DNA from: an uncultured virus (IMG/VR IMGVR_UViG_3300001592_001590)
Taxonomy: Duplodnaviria > Heunggongvirae > Uroviricota > Caudoviricetes
IMG/VR virus record: IMGVR_UViG_3300001592_001590
DNA length: 64,000 nt
Reading direction: 5' to 3' (one strand)
Every line of letters starts with the position of its first letter. Within the stretch, counting starts at the first letter, position 1. The notes beneath the pieces were generated by a model. It had not been told where the DNA came from and did no database searches. It saw nothing but the letters and a program-made list of their open reading frames with translations. Positions 29,377 to 40,376 of this stretch are shown here, in pieces. The translations under genes were made by a program, and so were the position numbers.

Positions 29377-32041
29377 ATGACTTCTCAATTTAAAAAGCGC
29401 CTGGCCGCACTGCTCAGTTTCACACTGGCGGTTGCCCCCGCCCTTGCCAATCCGTATGAATACCGTAAAGCAGTGCCCCGCTTTACGGTAGAACCGTCGG
29501 TCACTGCGCCCCCACCTCCTGCCCAGACCGCCAATTTGGTGGTCTCGACCGCCTCGCTGGATTTCAGCGGAAAGGTGGTCGGACTGAGCAGCCAGCAGAC
29601 TTTCACGGTGACCAACGCAGGAACCCAGTCGGCCGCTTGGTCGAACGCACCGGCCCTCTCAGGCAACGCCGCCTTCAGCATCGCAAGCACCACCTGCTCC
29701 GGCACCCTGACGGCGGGAGCCAGCTGCGCGGTGACCGTGCAGTTTGCGCCCACCCAAGTGGCGTCTGTCACGGGTCAAATTGGCCTCACGGCAGGGGGCG
29801 TCTCCAAGACCGTGTCGTTGGTGGGCTCCGGCGATGGCGCCCGTGCCCTGGACATTGAAGGCCCGGCTCCGGAGCTGAGCGTGCGCCAAGGTGAAAGCGT
29901 ATCCGGCTCGTTCACCATCGCCAACAACAACTCGTCCGCGATGGTGTTGGGCACCGTGGCGGTCACGGGAGGCTCTGCCCAGTATTTTTCCGTGAACGCC
30001 TCCAACTGCAGCGGCAAAACCCTGCAGCCCGGCACCGCCTGCACTGCCACCATTGTCCTGAGTGGCGGCAGCGCCGGCAGCGGCCCCATGCCCGCCGGCA
30101 GCGTCAGCGCCACGGTGTCGGTGCCCGTCTCCGGAGTGACCCAAACCCTGACGGTTCCCGGCACGGTCGTGGCCCGCGATTACATCTTGCTCTCGGGAGG
30201 CTCCCAATCCAACACTGTTTGGGACTACGGACTCTTCTGCTACAACCGGCACAGCGGCGTCTACGGCGGCACGGTCAGCCAGTACGCCTGCACGGGCGGG
30301 GGCGGCTACACATACGCCGATAACCGTATCTCCTGCACCACTTGCGTGAAGTACCAGGACGGCGTGACGTTGTCCGCAGTCTCCGTGCCGTTCAACAGCA
30401 TGACGGTGGGCGTGCCCAAGTCGTTGCAGGTGGCTGTACAAAACAACTCGGCCTCTAGCGTGGACCTGGCGGTCACGGCTCTGTCGATGACCTATGGCGC
30501 GGCCTCGGACGTGAATCTAACGACCAGCTGCAACACCACGCTGGCTTCGGGCGAGCCCTGCCTGTTGCAGATTGACCTGACACCCTCTTCGGCGACCAGC
30601 TACCTGGGTCGCATCACACTGCAGTCCAACGCCGAAGGCTCGCCGTACTACGTGACCTTCACAGGCACCTCTGCGTACCTGAACGCCACGGTCGGGCCCT
30701 TCTCTGTCGCGGCCGTGGACTACGGAGCGGCCCCCTTCACGCTGACAGCGCCAACTTCCAACAGCCCCGGTGCTTGGACCTACACCTCCAGCAACCCCGC
30801 AGTGGCCAGCGTTTCGGGCAACACGGTCACTGTCGTTGCCGGCGGCTCCACCACCATCACCGCCAGGCAAGCGGCAGCGGGCAGCTATGGCCCGTCAACG
30901 GTCATCGCCACCCTGACCGTCAACCCCATCAACCCGACCGTGGGCTCGTGGGCGGGCATGACCAAGGCGGTGGGTGACACTGCAACCCTGACCCCGCCGA
31001 GCTCCACCAGCTCCGGCACCTGGACCTACGCCATTTCGGACGCGACCGCAGCCACTATCGTAGGCTCGACCATCACGTTCTCCAAGGCGGGCAACTTCAC
31101 GCTGACGGCCACGCAAGCTGCCACCGGCAACTACAAGACCGCCAGCGCCACGGCCACTGTGACCGTGACCCAGGGCGCGCCGGTAATCGGTGCATGGAGC
31201 TCTATCAACGTGGCGTCTGGCTCTTCGGCATTTTCGCTGACCTACCCCACTTCCACCAGTAACGGCGCGTGGAGCGCGACCTCGTCCGACCCCACCGTTG
31301 CCACTATTAGCAATGGGGTGGTCACGGTGGTCGGCTTGGGCACTACCACGCTGACTGCGACGCAAGCCGCTACTGCAAACTACGCAGCGGGCAGCGCCGT
31401 CACCACGCTGACGGTCACGATTCCCTCGGGCAGCACCAAGCTGATGTGGCAGTTCAACGGGACTGCTGCCACTACTGCGACGGCAGCTAATCTTGTGAGC
31501 GACACGGGGCATACTGCCACCAACGTGGGGGGTGTTACCTACACCGCAGGAGGGGTGGAGGGCAACTACGCTCGCTTCTCGGGCGGCTCCATCGACATCT
31601 ACAGCGCCGACCTGCAGCTCTCCAACAAGCCCTTTACGCTGGAATGGTGGCAGCGCGGCGCCANCACCATGCCGCAGTTCACGTTTGGCACCCCGCCGCA
31701 GTACTCCACCGCGGTCAGCAACGGCACGGGCCTCTACTTCTCCACCAGCGGCTCGAATTGGGGCTACGTACTGTACCCCGCTGCCATCTCTGCCTCGGGC
31801 TGGACGCACATGGCACTGGTTCGCAACAGCACGCACCTCGTGCTCTACCAAAACGGCGTGGCCAGGACATACTACCCCCATTGGCAGCAACGTCGCGCTC
31901 ATGAACTCGCCAGGCAACCGGCTTGCGTTCGGAACCTACTCCGGGGGTTCGACCATGGACATCGACCAGGTTCGCCTGACTGTGGGGGTGGCTCGCTACA
32001 ACGGCAACTTCACCCCGTCAACAGCCTTGACCGTGAACTGA
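29377..32041 (+). CDS. secreted Ig-like repeat adhesin (ASPM-SPD2-Hydin/choice-of-anchor D-like, Big_2-like repeats, C-terminal LamG-like domain), frameshift near 31875
   Basis: Signal peptide, Thr/Ser/Gly-rich. C.GTL.AG.SC...V.F.P repeats, three YTSSNPAVA.VSG-like repeats, FTLEWW..WTHMALVR..LYQNG and IDQVRLT.GVARY..NFTP. Confidence 0.8.
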
Positions 32042-32083
32042 CCGTTGACCTCCAGGGGCTCGGCCCCTCAGGTTGAATAGACA

Positions 32084-32113
32084 GCCCCTCCTGCTCCTGC
32101 AGGAGGGGCTTTC
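32084..32113. terminator. intrinsic terminator between convergent genes
   Basis: AGCCCCTCCTGC-TCCT-GCAGGAGGGGCT. Confidence 0.75.
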
Positions 32114-32140
32114 TCTTCTATAGAAGAGGCGTTCCCTAGG

Positions 32141-32785
32141 TCACCGCTGCCAGACCGCAATGAAGTCACGGCTGCCATTGACGGCCCTTGAATACAGCCA
32201 AGGGGGAAAAATCTTCTCATGCGGCAAGGCCCATATGGACTTGTGGGTGTGGACTTGTTCATTACCGATGAAGATGTACGTCTCGCATTGGCGAATGATG
32301 TCTTCTTCACACACCCCATCCTGGTTGCCGCCCGCCTCGTGCCGGCGGGGGTCGTAGCGGTGGGTCACCCAGCTGGCCACTACCACTTGAGGTCGAAACT
32401 GGGCCACCGCCTGCGCGGCGTCCAACTCCAGGACATCTTCGCCGTACCGGATGGTCGGCTGCCGAAGCATTTCATAGTGCGCACGAATTTCAGGCCAGCT
32501 TTGCTGGTGGTTGTCCGTGGCCACAATGCCCAGGGCCCGTGCCAGGCCTCCGTGCCCCGCGCCAATCTCCAGGGCCGAGCGACCGGCAATCAAGCTTTGG
32601 ACGTGCTCCACCAGCTCGGTGGTCAGCAAGCCGTAATACGCGTGGCGAACCCCAAAGAGGGCGCGCTCTTCTCGGGTGGTTTGTGCTAGCACCGAGGCGT
32701 CCACGACCTTCAATCGCCCTTGCTCATCCAGCAAGAGTGGCGCTATGTCTCGAATTTTGTTGGGGTCAATCGTGGCATGGTGCAT
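32141..32785 (-). CDS. SAM-dependent methyltransferase-like protein
   Basis: ALEIGAGHGGLARALG..ATD motif I. Confidence 0.65.
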   Translation of the reverse strand: MHHATIDPNKIRDIAPLLLDEQGRLKVVDASVLAQTTREERALFGVRHAYYGLLTTELVEHVQSLIAGRSALEIGAGHGGLARALGIVATDNHQQSWPEIRAHYEMLRQPTIRYGEDVLELDAAQAVAQFRPQVVVASWVTHRYDPRRHEAGGNQDGVCEEDIIRQCETYIFIGNEQVHTHKSIWALPHEKIFPPWLYSRAVNGSRDFIAVWQR

Positions 32786-32869
32786 GCCGAGATGATACGA
32801 GGAGCAGGGAGAATGGGGTGAAGGGCTCACCCCCGAGCCACAGTAATCGCACCAACGGAGCGCGGCCCC

Positions 32870-33283
32870 TCAATCGGTCAGGCCGCGCAGCACCGCGTCA
32901 TGCAAAGGGAAGGCCAGCGTGTCCTGACCTGTCACGGTCACCAGCTCCGACACCTCCCGGTTAGGCTCAAACCCATACAGGTCCTCTTGTGTCAGCTGAA
33001 CGCTGGACTGCATGAATATGAGCAGCTTGTTTTCGGCCGTGACCCGGGTGGCAATGGGCGTCCAATGCTCGGGGCCTATGCTCAAGCCCGTCTCCTCCAG
33101 CAGCTCTCGGCTCGCGGCCATCTCGGCCGACTCGCGCTCATCCACATAGCCGCCAGGGAACGTGATGCCCCCCTGACGCGGAGGCGTGGCTCGGCGCACC
33201 GCCAAAAAACGTTTTTCTTGAGGGTGCCGCACTTGTACGACGGCCACGGCCACAGGCGTTGGGTTGTTGTATTCGGAGGTCAT
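32870..33283 (-). CDS. Nudix hydrolase
   Basis: YNNPTPVAV and Nudix box GGYVDERESAEMAASRELLEETGL. Confidence 0.9.
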   Translation of the reverse strand: MTSEYNNPTPVAVAVVQVRHPQEKRFLAVRRATPPRQGGITFPGGYVDERESAEMAASRELLEETGLSIGPEHWTPIATRVTAENKLLIFMQSSVQLTQEDLYGFEPNREVSELVTVTGQDTLAFPLHDAVLRGLTD

Positions 33284-33384
33284 GCGTGTTGATGGTTCGG
33301 TATGAACCGTGTAGCGCACGACCTCCGTGGTTGGGGCTCTAACCTGACACATCCAGGCGTTTGCGGTGCTCTGCGCGCTGGCGC

Positions 33385-33756
33385 TCAGCCCAGGGCGAAG
33401 CCGCCCGCAATGCACGCGAAGCAGGTGGGGCGCTGCACGGGCTCCCACCGGTCCGTCTGCTCGTTCCAGTGGAACCAGGTTTCGTTGGCGCCCGGATTTT
33501 CCAGGTCGCCCAAAGGGTGGATGCCTTCGTCCAAGGTTTCCACCACACACCAGGTGTACAGGCACTCATGCAAGTCCCCGGCATTGCGCAAGACGGCTTG
33601 CACAGCCTGCTCTCGGTCGAGGAAATACCCGAAGGTGCGGTGCGCCGCGCTCAGGTACTGAACGTTGCGCTTTTCGTCCAGGTGCTCCGGTTTCGGAGAC
33701 TGAAAGCGCCGGGCATTCTCCAGGTAGTTCTCGTCAAAGCAGGTGATGAAATGCAT
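33385..33756 (-). CDS. phage-type hypothetical protein
   Basis: RTFGYF...A..AV..N.GDLHE..Y...VVE...EGI. GGAG RBS. Confidence 0.65.
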   Translation of the reverse strand: MHFITCFDENYLENARRFQSPKPEHLDEKRNVQYLSAAHRTFGYFLDREQAVQAVLRNAGDLHECLYTWCVVETLDEGIHPLGDLENPGANETWFHWNEQTDRWEPVQRPTCFACIAGGFALG

Positions 33757-33810
33757 GTGGCTCCAATAGGTGAGGGGATTCGGCTCAGTTCTGCCGCTCA
33801 GTCCTGAGGC

Positions 33811-35467
33811 TCAGGCTGCCCAGTGGACTTGCGCCGTCTGGCTGGGCAGGTTCTGCTCCCAGAGCTGCCACACCCGAGACACGTGGGCCTTGGTCAGGCG
33901 CGCCTGGTTGAACGTGTTGGTGCCCGCAGGGCGAGGCGTGTCAGCAGGGCGTGCGGGCACCTTCTTGCCTGCCAGGCGGTAGGCGGTGACCACCATGGCC
34001 CAAGTGTCGTGCGAGCAGTAGCGCAGCAGGCGTTGACGGGTGAGGTTGAACATGGCCTTGTCAAAGCCACCGCCCACCGCAGCGAGGTAGCCCAGCTGAG
34101 CGTCCACCCCGTTCTTGACCCCTTCGAGCTGGTCGTAGCTGAAATCCGGGGCCAGGCACGGGAGCACCTTCTTGATGGAGTACGACCCCTTCATGTCGGG
34201 GTGGTAGTAGAAATCGCGCACCCACAGCTCCAGGTCCACCAGTCGAGCGGCAACGCTCAACAAAGCCTTGGACATCTCGGGATAGCGCTCGGCCATCTCC
34301 TTGAGTCGAGAGCCCTCGTAGGAGGCGTGGTACACCAGCACCGGGCCTTTTTTGCCCAGGGCCCGAATCAACGAGGTCGCACAGGCCTTGGCAGGGTCGT
34401 TGCCACTGAGCTCAATGAAGGCTTTGTGGGTGAACACGCCGGGCGCAGTCTCGATGTGCAAAGACCACTGGAACGGCACCTGCTCATACGGACGACGGTC
34501 CTTCCAGGCAGGCAGCGCCAGGCTGATGGCCTCAAAGTCAAAGTAGTAGCGAGGAAAGGGCAGCTCTTTGAGGGCCTTGGCCGCTTTTTTGCTCTTCCAC
34601 GGCGTGCCGCTCAACAAGCTGTGCAGCACCGGCTGCAGGGCCTCGGGCGCGGCGTCCAGCTCATGGTCGGGCACTTTGGTGAGGTCGTAGTAGCCCATGG
34701 AGGCCCAGCGGTCTTGCACCATCCAGAACTTGCCCGGGATGTCGTAAATGGTCAGGGCAGGGCGGCCTTTTTGGCTCTTGCAGTGTTCCGAGAAGGGGCA
34801 GGGGAAGGGTTTCTTGCAGTGGCGCGTCACCTTGACCTTGGGCTCGCGGTTGCTTTGCAGCACCTCGCGCAGGGCCTGAACTTCCGCAGGGATTTCCTTG
34901 CGACCTGCTTTGACTGCTTCCGTCATGTCCACGCGGGTGAGCAGTCCCTGGTAGGTGGGGTCTTTGCCGTCCCAGGCAACGTCCCGGTCCAGCCCGTGGA
35001 CCGCGAACTGCATGGCCTTGAAGCGGTGGCGTGCCAGCCCCCAAGCCATGACGGACAGGCGGTGGCTCAAGCGCTGGTGTTTGTCTTTGTCCAGTGCGCC
35101 ATCGCGCAAGGTGGACGCGGTGATTTCCGAGGCAATCAGGCCCCGGCTCTTGGTCTCAAGCACGTCGGGGCGAAAGTGCACCCCCTGCGTCACGAACGAC
35201 GCGTCAAAGAAGCTTGCTTGGGGGTGGCGAGCCATCAGCTCGCGGGTCATGTCCAGCGCCTCCGTCCGGGGAGCCGTGTACGGTGAAGGCCCCGTGAAAT
35301 TGGCGGCGCGCGGCGCGGTTGACGGCCTCGGCCTGCAGCTGCCAGTAGGCAGCATCTTCGGGGGCTTGTGCCAGTTCGGGGCGGTGCTCTTCCAGCCAAG
35401 CGCGGCGAGCACATTGTTGAAAGCTTTCCAGCCGCTGAGCGGGCAGGATGGGGATGACCTTTTTCAT
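33811..35467 (-). CDS. DUF2779-domain predicted nuclease (N-terminal frameshifts)
   Basis: YFDFEA, RPYEQVPFQWSLH, LVDL, YYHP.MKGSYSIKKVLP, YCSHDT. C...CPF..HC cluster and QC..R.WL start. Confidence 0.85.
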
Positions 35468-35586
35468 GACGACAGTTCCTAAGAGCCACGTGGGCGCTGC
35501 GTCTAGGAAATCGGTTTAGCCTGGGTTCTTAGCCCTGGGCAGGGCTAGCTATACCTCATTGAATTCCATATCACGAGGTACATAAA

Positions 35587-35973
35587 ATGAAGACATCCAA
35601 GCTGGTTCTGGTTTCCCTGTCCGTGGCATTGCTCGGCCCTTTGGCCGGTTGCGGTGGTCGCAGTGAAGATGAGATTGCTCGCCTACAGCGAGAGCCTTTG
35701 GTTCAACCGCTGGGGGTCATCGATGGCTGTGACGTCAAGTATGTGGACCGGGGTTATCAGATTCACAGCTTCTATTTGGCGAAATGTGGGGCCACCACGA
35801 CAACCACGGTGAACTACGAGGAGGCTCAAGGCAAGTCTCGTGTGTTTCGCCGCAGCACGGTCATCGCCCAAGAAATCGAGCAGCTGCAAAAGGAGCAGAC
35901 AGAGTCCCAGCGGATTGAATCCGCACTGAAGGACGTGTCCCCCGCCAAGCGCAAAGCGCTGGGCCTGGACTGA
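35587..35973 (+). CDS. putative lipoprotein
   Basis: Lipobox LAGC, GAGG RBS. Confidence 0.75.
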   Translation: MKTSKLVLVSLSVALLGPLAGCGGRSEDEIARLQREPLVQPLGVIDGCDVKYVDRGYQIHSFYLAKCGATTTTTVNYEEAQGKSRVFRRSTVIAQEIEQLQKEQTESQRIESALKDVSPAKRKALGLD

Positions 35974-36078
35974 TTGACGAAGGTGCCTTCTTTTTGGGTC
36001 CGCCCAGGAGCCGCCCATAAAAATGCCCGACCTCGAAAGGTCGGGCGTTCAATCAAGTGCTCAAGGTTGAGCGGGTGC

Positions 36079-36830
36079 TCAGGCCTCGGCAAGGGCTGCG
36101 GTGGCAGCCACCCAATCGGCACAGCACTCATCAATGGCCGCAAAGCCCAAATCCAGCGGAGCGATGCCAGCCTGGTACTCTTCCAGCAGAAGGGTCATGA
36201 GCCGCTTGCCTTCTTCGTAGTTGGGGCTGGCCTCTTCCAGGCGATGCACTTCTTCTTCGGTCAGCCCGATGAAGTCGGGCAACGGTATGGCTTGCAGTTG
36301 TGCGCAGGACTGCCACATGCGAAACCAGTCGTTGACAGTGACCTGGCTCACGTGCTCCAGCCCCGAGGCGAACAGGTCCATCAGCGCGGTGCGTCGCTCG
36401 AACACAATCGAACGCGGGGTCCACGTCGTCGGAGTCGCACGGCGTCGTAATACGCAGGCCCAAAAATGCTCAGTACTCGCAACAGGCCTTGTATCAGGGG
36501 CCTGGACAGGCCGCTGTCCCCCAGGGACAGGTGGATTTTTCCACCCGGTGCCGTGGCCTCGTCGTCACAATCGCACAAGAAGTTCAGGCTCAAGGAGCGC
36601 GATTCACCTTTGTAGGTGAAAGACACGCGCACCAGCCCGCTGCCCGGCGATGTGATGTGAAACTGGGGTTGCTCAAAATCGCCATCTTTGTCGCCGGCCG
36701 CCTTGGCCATGGCGCGTCGCCGGCTCCAATGCGGGCGCATCAAGAGCTGCAGGTACTTTTCCACCAGTCCCATGACAGGAAAGGGGTTCTTGAACTCGGT
36801 GAGGATGAATCCTTTGGTGCAAACAGACAT
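36079..36830 (-). CDS. hypothetical protein (frameshift near 36430)
   Basis: MSVCTKG.. frame 36381-36830 continuing into 36079-36405. Confidence 0.55.
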
Positions 36831-36840
36831 GGTATTTACC

Positions 36841-37719
36841 TTAAAAGTGACCTACCGGGTATAGCCAATTCGTGCGCCCGACGTGCCCCAAAGGGCGCTC
36901 GGCCCTCCTTCGCCTCATCCGACCCCTGCGGCTCACGCACAAGGCAGGGGNNTAGCCACCAATGCTTGCAGTGAATCGAAGAAGCGGGTCTCGACCCCGG
37001 TGTGCCAGCGCGACGGAATACGACCGTCGTCGCTGAGGTACTGGATGATGGAATGTCCCGGCGTGAGGGTGCTTCGCACAATCTCCGCGCGGCACGCCTC
37101 CGAGCGCTCGCGCCCCCCGACGACGAATGGACGAACATCGAGTACGTCCTNGTCGAAACGCTGGACCTGACGCCAGACGAAACTCCGACGCTTGGTTGTA
37201 CGCTTGCGCCGCCGCGGTTTGCTGAGCGCTGGACTCTGTTAGCCGAGGCACCAGGGCGCCCAGACAATACAGCGTCAGTACTCGACTTTGCATGCGTTGG
37301 CGGTTTTCCCTGGCAATGCGCAGTGCGTCCTGCACCGTGCCCGGGTCCTCTTGGTCGGGGTCCGAGTCGCTGTCGGCCAGAGCCTGCTCGCGACCCCAGC
37401 CCATAACGTCCGGCGCCACGGCAGGGCAGTCAAAACGTTGTGCGAGCTCTTGGTACAAGGCTTCGAATGCTGCCTGCGCGTTTTTTCGGGCCTGCTCACC
37501 GGAGACGGCTGGATTGCTCCAGGCGCTGCTCAAGGTGTCCGCAAAGCGGCTGGCAATCGCGCCTTGAAACGCAGACAAGTCCAGCTTTACCCGGCCATCG
37601 AAGTCTGCCAGGCCATTGCGCACGAAGTGCAGCAGCCGCTCTGTCAGCTGGTAGCGGGCCTGCGCTTCTTGAAGGCACAGCCGGGTTTCACCGAATTCTA
37701 TAACAGTGGAGGTGTTCAT
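36841..37719 (-). CDS. hypothetical protein, 3' half disrupted by Ns and frameshifts (end uncertain)
   Basis: AAGGA RBS. Coherent helical N-terminal 190 aa. Confidence 0.5.
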   Translation of the reverse strand: MNTSTVIEFGETRLCLQEAQARYQLTERLLHFVRNGLADFDGRVKLDLSAFQGAIASRFADTLSSAWSNPAVSGEQARKNAQAAFEALYQELAQRFDCPAVAPDVMGWGREQALADSDSDPDQEDPGTVQDALRIARENRQRMQSRVLTLYCLGALVPRLTESSAQQTAAAQAYNQASEFRLASGPAFRXGRTRCSSIRRRGARALGGVPRGDCAKHPHAGTFHHPVPQRRRSYSVALAHRGRDPLLRFTASIGGXXPALCVSRRGRMRRRRAERPLGHVGRTNWLYPVGHF

Positions 37720-37857
37720 TTGAAAATTTCCTTTGATTTCATGGCCTGAAGCGCACCCCGGAGGGCGCTTGACTCTTCAGGCATTTTAGCCTAAAGTCGA
37801 TAAGACACCAAGAGTTTAGATAGCAACACTCAAGGGTCAGATTCATCAGGAGTTTTA

Positions 37858-38179
37858 ATGCATCAAGTCCTTGTCACCATTGACACTCAGGGCGCGGTTC
37901 AGGTCAAAGCGACATCCGCGCAGGTTCAGGTATTGGTTTTTGCGAGAAGCAGGCCCCGACACAGGCGCAACCCTGCAGGTCGATGGCACCGCGTACGAGG
38001 CCGCAGCGGTGTTGGAAGGCATTGCGCAAGTTGATGAAGTCGAGGTGCAAGCCGCGTTTCAGAGCGTGGCGCCTGAGCTGGAGCGCCTAAGCCGGGCGGC
38101 AGACCAGTCGATGCGGTCGCGGGCGCAGCTCAAAACGCTGGCGCGACAGCTGGCGCGCGCTGAGACCGACCCGGGTTGA
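37858..38179 (+). CDS. hypothetical protein (frameshift in T-run near 37940)
   Basis: AGGAG RBS, MHQVLVTIDTQG.. joining frame 37871-38179. Confidence 0.55.
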
Positions 38180-38238
38180 GTGGACCCGGGCACGTCTGCC
38201 GGTTTCTCCTGGAAGGCTAAAACCAGCCGCTTTACTGG

Positions 38239-38310
38239 TTACGAGGCCTTGGTCAGGGTTCCTTCTAACCTCATCACTTATTTGAACCTACCCGGCCGCT
38301 TTCCTCGTGA
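38239..38310 (+). ncRNA. structured RNA motif, copy 1 (free-standing)
   Basis: TTACGAGG/CCTCGTGA outer stem enclosing GGTCAGGGTTC-CTTCTA...GAACCTACCCGGCC. Core nearly identical to 40559-40621. Confidence 0.6.
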
Positions 38311-38401
38311 CCCGCAATCCGCGACCCAAGCCCTGCTTGAGCCGCGGTTTTTGCTTTTGGGGCGGCCAAAAAGAGGCCGCCTGCGATGCAGGCGGCGTGA
38401 A

Positions 38402-38820
38402 TCAAGCGGTGGCGTTCAGCACAGGTCTGACCAGCTGAGGCTGGCGACAATTGCTGTAAGGCGTTGCAGTGGCCGGGTCGCTGAAGAAGCTCTCAGGCCC
38501 GGACACCGCCAGTTGCTGGCGTTGCGAAGCGAGCCAGGGCTCCAAGTCCTGGGGGTGCGCCGGCGCTTCGATGGACAACGCCTCCACGTCGTACGATGGC
38601 CAGTCGCGCCCTTGACCGGAACGCATTTGGTTCGCAGCACAGCGCGCACAAATTCCCCCGACGATTGAAGGTAGACCACCATGCGTTGCAGCAAAGGGCC
38701 TTGGACAAAGTCCCACTCCTCAAACCGCTGGGCGCAGTCGCTTACCGTGCCTCCCGAGCGAAAGCGAAAGCCTTGCTCTTGTAGCCATGAGGGCCAGGGT
38801 GTCTTTAGACTGGCAGTCAT
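38402..38820 (-). CDS. hypothetical protein (probable frameshift)
   Basis: MTASLKTPW.. with GGAG RBS and GCTACAC motif. Confidence 0.5.
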
Positions 38821-38920
38821 CTCACATCTCCAAAGTTTTCCTGTTGCGTGTAGCGAAAACCCTGGACAGGCGAAATAGATTTGGCTAAAATGACCAAAAC
38901 ATTTAGAGTTTAAAAATACA

Positions 38921-39211
38921 ATGACAGTTTCCCTGCAACAGCGATTTGAGTCGTTCGCCGACCAGTACAAGAAGTTTGAGCACATTCCCGCCCCGCGCCA
39001 TCCGCGGCCCGATGTGTGCGCGTATTTGCTGTTGCACGAGCTGGTACCGGGCGCCCAGAACATGGTCAGCGCCGCGGTCCATGATGAAATTTACCTGAGC
39101 GTGGATTGTGGCGAGCTGCATCAAGCGGCCACCGATGCACACATTGAAGAGCTGGTGCGTTGTGGCGTGCGCTACATTGGCGACTTCGACTGCCTGGGCA
39201 TGTTCGTCTGA
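38921..39211 (+). CDS. phage-type hypothetical protein
   Basis: RPDVCAYLLL..L.PG..NMVSAA.HDEIYL...ELVRCGV. Confidence 0.65.
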   Translation: MTVSLQQRFESFADQYKKFEHIPAPRHPRPDVCAYLLLHELVPGAQNMVSAAVHDEIYLSVDCGELHQAATDAHIEELVRCGVRYIGDFDCLGMFV

Positions 39212-39246
39212 ACCCCTTTCTTTGCAACCCCAACACAATAAGAACC

Positions 39247-39534
39247 ATGCAACTTCTGTCTTTGAACGACATCCGCAGCCTGCACAACCGACTGCCCCCT
39301 TCTCGCTCGCCCGTTGAGTTTGCTCAGGCTGTGGTCAACCTCGTAGGCACCTGGGCCCAGCGGACCCAGCGCCCGTACCGCAGCTTCACCGTGGACGCGT
39401 CCTGGGTGCGCGCGCAGTGGGAGGGGCTCACTCGCGCGCACAGCGGCTACGATGCCGCGGTGCAGCTGGCGCAGACGATGGAAACCCTGGTCCTGTCTCC
39501 CGCTGTGGGCGGCTCGGCGCAAAGCGGCTACTGA
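39247..39534 (+). CDS. hypothetical protein
   Basis: 95-aa ORF followed by hairpin at 39565-39595. Confidence 0.5.
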   Translation: MQLLSLNDIRSLHNRLPPSRSPVEFAQAVVNLVGTWAQRTQRPYRSFTVDASWVRAQWEGLTRAHSGYDAAVQLAQTMETLVLSPAVGGSAQSGY

Positions 39535-39608
39535 GTCTCTGCCCCTTCGATACCCGACAACAACAAGCCCCGCGTTCCGAAAGGAAGCGGGGCTTAATCA
39601 CAAGGGGC

Positions 39609-40376
39609 TCAAAGCTGGTTCACGGCTGCCACAAAACTGTCCAGGTCGCAGCCATACAGGCCCGCGGAATTGGCCGAGTTCAGCTCCAGGACACGAGGCC
39701 CTGCGCTCGTCATGGCCACGTCCAGGGTGTACGCCCGGTTGGGACTCCAGACCTTGCTGCAATGCTGCGCAAACGCCCACACATCCGCGGGCACCGGTCG
39801 GTCGGTGCGCGCCCGGTCTCCCAGCTTGTACAAGGAGGCGGCCACGACCCGGCCGTCGATGACTAAGGTGCGGTATTCCGCTTCAATGGGCACCAGGGAG
39901 GCCACGGCCACCCGGTTGCTCAGGCGCAGCGTCGCATCCGGCTCATCCGCCACCCGGGCAACGCCTTCGCGAAAGGCCTGCAACTCGAGCCCGTTCATCA
40001 CACTGCCCGCGAAGGCCTTGTTGTCCAGCACGGGGCGGATGAAAAACGGGCCGTCCAGCGCTTGTGCGTCCTGCAGCGTTGAGCAGGTGGCGTTGGCGTT
40101 GAGCGCCAACTCGCCGTAGCGCTGCAGCATCAGCTCGTAGTCGAGATTTTCGTCGAAATACCCCGGGTTCCAGCCCTGAGCTTTGGCCACCTGGCCCAGC
40201 CCGGTACTGCCGTACACAAACACAGGCTCGTGCAGGACAGGCGCCGGGCCGTCCAGCACGTTGAACAAAGGGATGAGCTTGACCTGGGTGAATGGCGTGC
40301 GCTGGCGCGCCAAGGCCTCACACAGGTCTTGTAAAGAGCGGGGGTTGAGCAAATTGCTCTGCACTATCCAATGCAT
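39609..40376 (-). CDS. ATP-grasp protein (DUF4343/R2K-like)
   Basis: FFIRP....KAFAG.V, I.AEYR..VIDG.VV..SLY, AYTLDVA......VLELNS.NS.GLY. Confidence 0.8.
   Translation of the reverse strand: MHWIVQSNLLNPRSLQDLCEALARQRTPFTQVKLIPLFNVLDGPAPVLHEPVFVYGSTGLGQVAKAQGWNPGYFDENLDYELMLQRYGELALNANATCSTLQDAQALDGPFFIRPVLDNKAFAGSVMNGLELQAFREGVARVADEPDATLRLSNRVAVASLVPIEAEYRTLVIDGRVVAASLYKLGDRARTDRPVPADVWAFAQHCSKVWSPNRAYTLDVAMTSAGPRVLELNSANSAGLYGCDLDSFVAAVNQL

Noticed and set aside
21199..35973. Paralogy between the small lipoproteins at 21199-21610 and 35587-35973 (shared H..Y and GKS words)
   Set aside because: The similarity is too short to support without a profile alignment.
38180..38200. GGCACG upstream of RNA motif copy 1 as a second sigma54 promoter
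   Set aside because: It lacks the TTGC -12 element at the required spacing.
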